The translations under genes and the position numbers were made by a program. Source: an uncultured Candidatus Rokubacteria bacterium (GTDB lineage Bacteria > Methylomirabilota > Methylomirabilia > Rokubacteriales > DASRDR01). Taken from it: a stretch of DNA of 64,000 nt. Shown piece after piece: positions 59,711 through 64,000 of the stretch (within the stretch, counting starts at the first letter, position 1; each line of letters begins with the position of its first letter). The DNA is taken from positions 64,001 to 128,000 of the forward strand of contig CAVPSB010000002.1 of NCBI GenBank assembly GCA_963708025.1, read 5' to 3'. Below the pieces are notes generated by a model. The model had not been told where the DNA came from, made no database searches, and was given only the letters and a program-made list of their open reading frames with translations.

Positions 59711-60799
59711 ATGAGGATCACTCACGTCACCACCCGGGTGCTGAGCACGCCGGCCGACAACCCGCTCGTAGTCGGCCTGCCGGCGCCCACCGACACCCGC
59801 GAGTTCGTCACGCTCGAGCTGGGCACCGACCAGGGTCTCGTCGGCCTCGGCCTGACGTTCTTCGGCGGCGCCCTCACGCCGGCCCTCAAGGCCGCGGTCG
59901 ACGCGCTGGGCGGCCTCGTTGTCGGGGATGACCCCACGCAGGTCGAGGCCATCGCCGCCAAGCTGCGGCGCGCGGCGGGCAGCTCGGGCCCCGGTGGCAT
60001 CTTCACGCTGGCGCTCTCGGCCGTCGACCTCGCGTGCTGGGACCTCAAGGGCAAGGCGGTGGGCCAGTCGGTGTGCGCGCTGCTCGGCGGCCTGCGCGAC
60101 CGGGTGTCGACGTACGCCAGCGGCGCCCTCATGCGCGCGCATCCGGTGAAGTACCTGGCGGAGGCCGGGCCGCGCCTGGCCGCCCGGGGCTTCCGCCAGA
60201 TGAAGATGCAGTGCGGGAGCGAGCCGACGATGGCCGCGTCCGTCGAGCGGGTGCGCGTCCTGCGCGACGCCATCGGCGCCGACGTGGACCTGATGTGCGA
60301 CATCAACCAGCTCTGGAGCGTGAACCACGCCATCGAGGTCGGGCGCCGGCTCGAGCCCTATCATCTCTACTGGCTCGAGGATCCCGTCGCCCACGACGAC
60401 TACGCCGGGCTCGCCCGCGTCGCCGACGCCCTCGTCACGCCGATCGCCGCCGGCGAGTACCACTACGGCATCGTGCCGTTCCGCCATCTGCTCGAGGCGC
60501 GGGCCATCGACATCGTGATGATCGACCTCGTGCGGGTGGGGGGCATCACGCAGTGGATGAAGGTGGCCGGCATGGCCGAGGCGTTCAACCTGCCGGTGGT
60601 GAGCCACCTGGTGCCGGAGATCCACGTCCACATGGTCGCCGCCGTCCCCAACGGCCTCACCGTCGAGTACATGCCGTGGACGCTCCGCCTCTTCGAGGAG
60701 ACGCCGGCGATCGAGGGCGGTCAGCTGGTGGTGCCGAAGAAGCCGGGCCTCGGCCTGACCTTCGACCCCGCGACGATCAAGCGCTATCGGGTGGGCTGA
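59711..60799 (+). CDS. Mandelate racemase/muconate lactonizing enzyme family
   Basis: WDLKGK, MCDINQ, WLEDP, AAGE, GGIT, SH, PGLG. Confidence 0.9.
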   Translation: MRITHVTTRVLSTPADNPLVVGLPAPTDTREFVTLELGTDQGLVGLGLTFFGGALTPALKAAVDALGGLVVGDDPTQVEAIAAKLRRAAGSSGPGGIFTLALSAVDLACWDLKGKAVGQSVCALLGGLRDRVSTYASGALMRAHPVKYLAEAGPRLAARGFRQMKMQCGSEPTMAASVERVRVLRDAIGADVDLMCDINQLWSVNHAIEVGRRLEPYHLYWLEDPVAHDDYAGLARVADALVTPIAAGEYHYGIVPFRHLLEARAIDIVMIDLVRVGGITQWMKVAGMAEAFNLPVVSHLVPEIHVHMVAAVPNGLTVEYMPWTLRLFEETPAIEGGQLVVPKKPGLGLTFDPATIKRYRVG

Positions 60800-60851
60800 G
60801 GAATACTCAACACAAGACGAGCCGGGCCCGTGTATCATCAGCGAGGGCTCT

Positions 60852-61613
60852 ATGGGTGACCGCAGCGCGATCGAGTGGACGGACGCTACGTGGAATCCGG
60901 TCACGGGCTGCACCAAGATTTCCCCCGGCTGTAAGTTCTGCTATGCCGAGCGGCTTACAGAACGATGGGGTCGGGGCGACTTCCGGAAGGTGACATTGCA
61001 TCCAGACCGCCTCCAGTTGCCAATACGCTGGCGTACTCCCCGACGGATCTTTGTCAATAGCATGAGTGACCTGTTCCACGAACGCGTTCCCTTCGACTAC
61101 GTTGACCGGGTCTTCCACGTCATGACCGAGGCACGCCAGCACGTGTTTCAGGTCCTGACGAAGCGGCCGGATCGTCTGCTCGAATGGCACACGGGCCACG
61201 GCAAGACTCTTCTGCCTGGACACATCTGGCTCGGAGTCTCGGTTGAGTTGAGTGCATACCTCTGGCGAGTGGATCGTCTCCGTCAGGTCAATGTCCCGAT
61301 CCGGTTCGTTAGCGCCGAACCATTGCTCGGATCTCTCACGCATCTCGATCTGACCGGGATTGCCTGGGTGATCACAGGCGGGGAATCGGGTGGATCCGCG
61401 ACGCGCTCTCTCGTCACGAGAGAGCGGGGCGCTTGGAGTCCAAAGCCAGACGCGCTCGCCTGGGTCAGGGAGATCCGTGACCGGTGCGAAACGACGGGCG
61501 TCGCATTCTTCCATAAGCAGTGGGGCGGTCCAACGCCGAAAGCCGGTGGCCGCCAACTCGATCGCAAGCTATATGATGGATATCCCTTGACTGCAGAGCC
61601 ATCTGACATCTGA
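60852..61613 (+). CDS. DUF5131 (phage Gp37/Gp68-like, three-Cys motif) protein
   Basis: IEWTDATWNPVTGCTKISPGCKFCYA, FVNSMSDLFH, LTKRP, SAEPLLG, WVITGGESG, FFHKQWG. Confidence 0.92.
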   Translation: MGDRSAIEWTDATWNPVTGCTKISPGCKFCYAERLTERWGRGDFRKVTLHPDRLQLPIRWRTPRRIFVNSMSDLFHERVPFDYVDRVFHVMTEARQHVFQVLTKRPDRLLEWHTGHGKTLLPGHIWLGVSVELSAYLWRVDRLRQVNVPIRFVSAEPLLGSLTHLDLTGIAWVITGGESGGSATRSLVTRERGAWSPKPDALAWVREIRDRCETTGVAFFHKQWGGPTPKAGGRQLDRKLYDGYPLTAEPSDI

Positions 61614-61629
61614 CCCGATCGGGGGACAC

Positions 61630-62766
61630 ATGGTGGAGGGCACGCGATGGCTGCTCACACCGCACACTCGAGCAAAGCACCTCATCCTGAAGCGACACCT
61701 CGATGCGTGGCTGCCTATCATGACGCAGGTCAACTCGGAGTTGCTGTTCATTGACGGCTTCGCGGGCCCTGGTCGGTATGAAGGAGGCGAGGACGGTTCG
61801 CCAATCATCGCACTAAAGGCGGCGGTACTCAACGAGAGGTTTCGACGGCAGCCGCCAAGCTGCACGATTCAGTTCGTCTTCATCGAAGAAGACTCTTCCC
61901 GGGTTGCATCGTTACGTGACGAAGTGATCGCCTTCACGACGAGCCACCCGCTGCCATCGTGGGTGACATGTGACGTAGAGCATGCGGAGTTCGCATCCTA
62001 CCTGAGTGAAGAATTCGATAGGCTCGCCCGAGACGGGTCCCGCCCGCCATCGACCTTTGCGTTCGTCGATCCCTTCGGATATTCGGGGTTCCCGATGAGC
62101 CTGATTGCTCGAATTAGAGAGATCCCGAGTTCGGAATGCCTCATCAACTTTGCCTATCGGTCAATGAATCGATGGGTCGCCGACGATCCAACTCGCCAGG
62201 CCCTGCTCGATGACCTCTTTGGTAGTCCTGCCTGGCGGACGTTCTGGGGCAACGAGCGCGCCCTGGTAGACTTCTACGTAAGCCAACTTCATGACCGCGC
62301 CGCCTTCAAGTACGTCCGCACATTTCGGATGAAGGGGGATCTGGACATCACCGAATATTTCCTGGCATTCGCCACCAACAGCACTCGTGGCCTCAGTGTC
62401 TTCAAGCAGGCGGCCTGGAAAGCCGATCCGGCCAGTGGCAGCGTGTTCTCTGACGCATCTGACCCGAACCAACTGTTCCTGGTCGAGCCGTTACCGCCGC
62501 TGCGTGATCTCCTGCTGGCTCGGTTTGGTGGGGGCGAGTGGGTTGATATTGGCCTGGTCGAGGAATACGTGCTGGTGGAGACCGATTACTCTGAGAAGAG
62601 TCATCTCAAGAAGCGCACCCTCGGGCCGATGGAGCGTGAGGGCCCAGGCGTGCTGGACGCTCGGCGACCGCCCAACACCCGAAAGCGCATTGGCGAGTAC
62701 CCCACTGGGACGCTTCTGCGCTTTGGCGACGGCGGCTCCAGCGACTGTGGACAACTGCGTTTGTGA
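61630..62766 (+). CDS. tcmP: Three-Cys-motif partner protein TcmP (SAM-methyltransferase-like fold)
   Basis: HT.AKH.IL..L.AW, FIDGFAGPG.Y, GSP, FAFVDPFG; directly after DUF5131. Confidence 0.88.
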   Translation: MVEGTRWLLTPHTRAKHLILKRHLDAWLPIMTQVNSELLFIDGFAGPGRYEGGEDGSPIIALKAAVLNERFRRQPPSCTIQFVFIEEDSSRVASLRDEVIAFTTSHPLPSWVTCDVEHAEFASYLSEEFDRLARDGSRPPSTFAFVDPFGYSGFPMSLIARIREIPSSECLINFAYRSMNRWVADDPTRQALLDDLFGSPAWRTFWGNERALVDFYVSQLHDRAAFKYVRTFRMKGDLDITEYFLAFATNSTRGLSVFKQAAWKADPASGSVFSDASDPNQLFLVEPLPPLRDLLLARFGGGEWVDIGLVEEYVLVETDYSEKSHLKKRTLGPMEREGPGVLDARRPPNTRKRIGEYPTGTLLRFGDGGSSDCGQLRL

Positions 62767-62795
62767 GCCGCCCAAAGACTCTCTCGATAGCCGGG

Positions 62796-63240
62796 TCACT
62801 CCGTTCCGCCGTTCGAGCGTAGGGTGTCGGCCGCCTTCCGCCAATCCTCGAGGGTGGCGTCGGAGAACCGCACCCACTGGCCCTTCGTGCCCCCCACGGC
62901 GCAGCCGAGCGGCGTGAGGCCGTGCTTGGTCCGCTGGCTGGGCTGGGAGCCGGCCTCCAGCAGAACGGCCACGACGTCCGGGCGGCCGAAGAATGCCGCC
63001 CAGCAGAGGGCGATGGCGCCGTTCTCCGCGTCCAGTAGCGACACCTCCGCCCCGTGCCGCAGGAGCACTCGGGCGGCGTCCGCCTGACCGAACTCGGCGG
63101 CGACGTGGAGCGGAAAGGAAGCTCTCGGATCCGTCTCGCTCACGGAAGTTCGCCAGGTTCCTGTTCTCCGCGAGCAGCGCTTCGAGGCTTCCGAGGTCGC
63201 CGCGCCTGACCGCGTCGTGCAGGTTCGTGACGCTCGACAT
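62796..63240 (-). CDS. Ankyrin-repeat protein with apparent +1 frameshift near 63147
   Basis: MSSVTNLHDAVRRGDL..LAN joins SVSETDPRASFPLHVAAEFG..ALCWAAFFG..TPLGCA after removing one T. Confidence 0.78.
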
Positions 63241-63253
63241 CGGTCCTCCGGTG

Positions 63254-63799
63254 CTACCGGGGCGCCAGCGTGTGCGGCTCGACGACGCCCGACAGGGTCT
63301 CTCCACCGATCGTGAGATAGAGGTGGCGGTCGGTGACCGAGAGGCTGAACGCCATCCGGCGCTCCAGGCGCGCCACCAGCTCCGCCAGGAGCTGGCGATC
63401 GACGCCGTAGAACTCCAGCGCCTCGGCCCGGTGGATGCGCTCGCCGGCGAGCTGGCGGAGGAGCTGCCCGGGATCCTTGTGGGTGTACACGACCACCCGC
63501 CGAGCGGCCTTGCTCGCCCGGTGGAGCCGGGCGGCGTCTGGTGAGCCGACGTCGATCCAGGCCCGGAGCGCTCCGGTCAGATCGCGCACGGCGAGCGCCG
63601 GCTCGTCCGGGTCGGCCAGCCCCCGCGAGAAGCCGAGTCCTTCACCGAACTCGAGGCAGTAAGCGAGCACGCGCGTGAGCAGGTACTCTGCGGTCTCCGA
63701 CGGGTGTCGGGCGACGCGGAGGGCGATCGTCTCGTAGACGCCGCGGTCAACGTCGGCGAGCTGGATGTCGAACGTGTAGATCGTCGCGGTGAGCGTCAC
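63254..63799 (-). CDS. yaeQ: YaeQ family protein
   Basis: TATIY..LADVDRG.Y..ARHPSET..LAYCL..SRGL..DEP..WIDVG.P..RL.RA. Confidence 0.88.
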   Translation of the reverse strand: MTLTATIYTFDIQLADVDRGVYETIALRVARHPSETAEYLLTRVLAYCLEFGEGLGFSRGLADPDEPALAVRDLTGALRAWIDVGSPDAARLHRASKAARRVVVYTHKDPGQLLRQLAGERIHRAEALEFYGVDRQLLAELVARLERRMAFSLSVTDRHLYLTIGGETLSGVVEPHTLAPR

Positions 63800-64000
63800 G
63801 GGGGGGCCGGACCGCGGACGCGAGGGCCAGCGTGCATTCCCGAAGGATAGCACCCGCGTCCAGCTCGCGCTCGGTCCCCGCCCGCCGAGTGAGTGGCCGG
63901 GCCCGGTGCTCGCGCGGAGCGTGATAGGCTGGGACGGCCCGGAAGCGTCCACGCGCGTGGGCCTCCGGCGGCGGGGGGCCCGGAGCTCACGCGGTCTGAA

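Noticed and set aside
60852-61613. Prophage, suggested by the phage Gp37/Gp68 family label
   Set aside because: No structural, replication or integrase genes nearby
63800-64000. Short ORFs at the right window edge
   Set aside because: Low-complexity translations with no recognisable motif; probably the yaeQ promoter region

Overview
A very GC-rich bacterial chromosome segment. Its gene content and repeat style suggest Candidatus Rokubacteria/Methylomirabilota, but that is inference only. It holds about 55 protein-coding genes. I recognise no rRNA, tRNA, CRISPR array, transposase or integrase. In order, the blocks are: (1) a tightly coupled copper operon of csoR, a 33-aa membrane peptide, copA, a large membrane protein and a histidine ammonia-lyase. 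The membrane protein has two D-x3-H-x12/13-H motifs with the spacing of the PmoC/AmoC copper sites, followed by a PmoA-like half. (2) A long + strand run of catabolic and transport genes (GGT, CitE, D-glutamate cyclase-like, two class-III aminotransferases, hexaheme cytochrome c, MmgE/PrpD, ABC transporter, FAD oxidoreductase, acyl-CoA synthetase, dehydrogenase and hydratase). (3) An RHH/MazF toxin-antitoxin pair next to a ~110-bp direct-repeat scar. (4) Peptide ABC, amidohydrolase, UdgX and heme-c cyclase genes. (5) A 1449-aa sigma-54 activator/STAND-ATPase/TPR hybrid, divergent from a -24/-12 promoter that drives three small unknown genes. (6) A lower-GC DUF5131 + TcmP cassette. The intergenic DNA is dominated by at least three families of structured repeats. 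One family has 10 copies and usually supplies the RBS and start of the downstream gene. A second has compensatory base changes and a -10 box at a fixed position. Four genes each carry an apparent single-base insertion, which may be assembly error.
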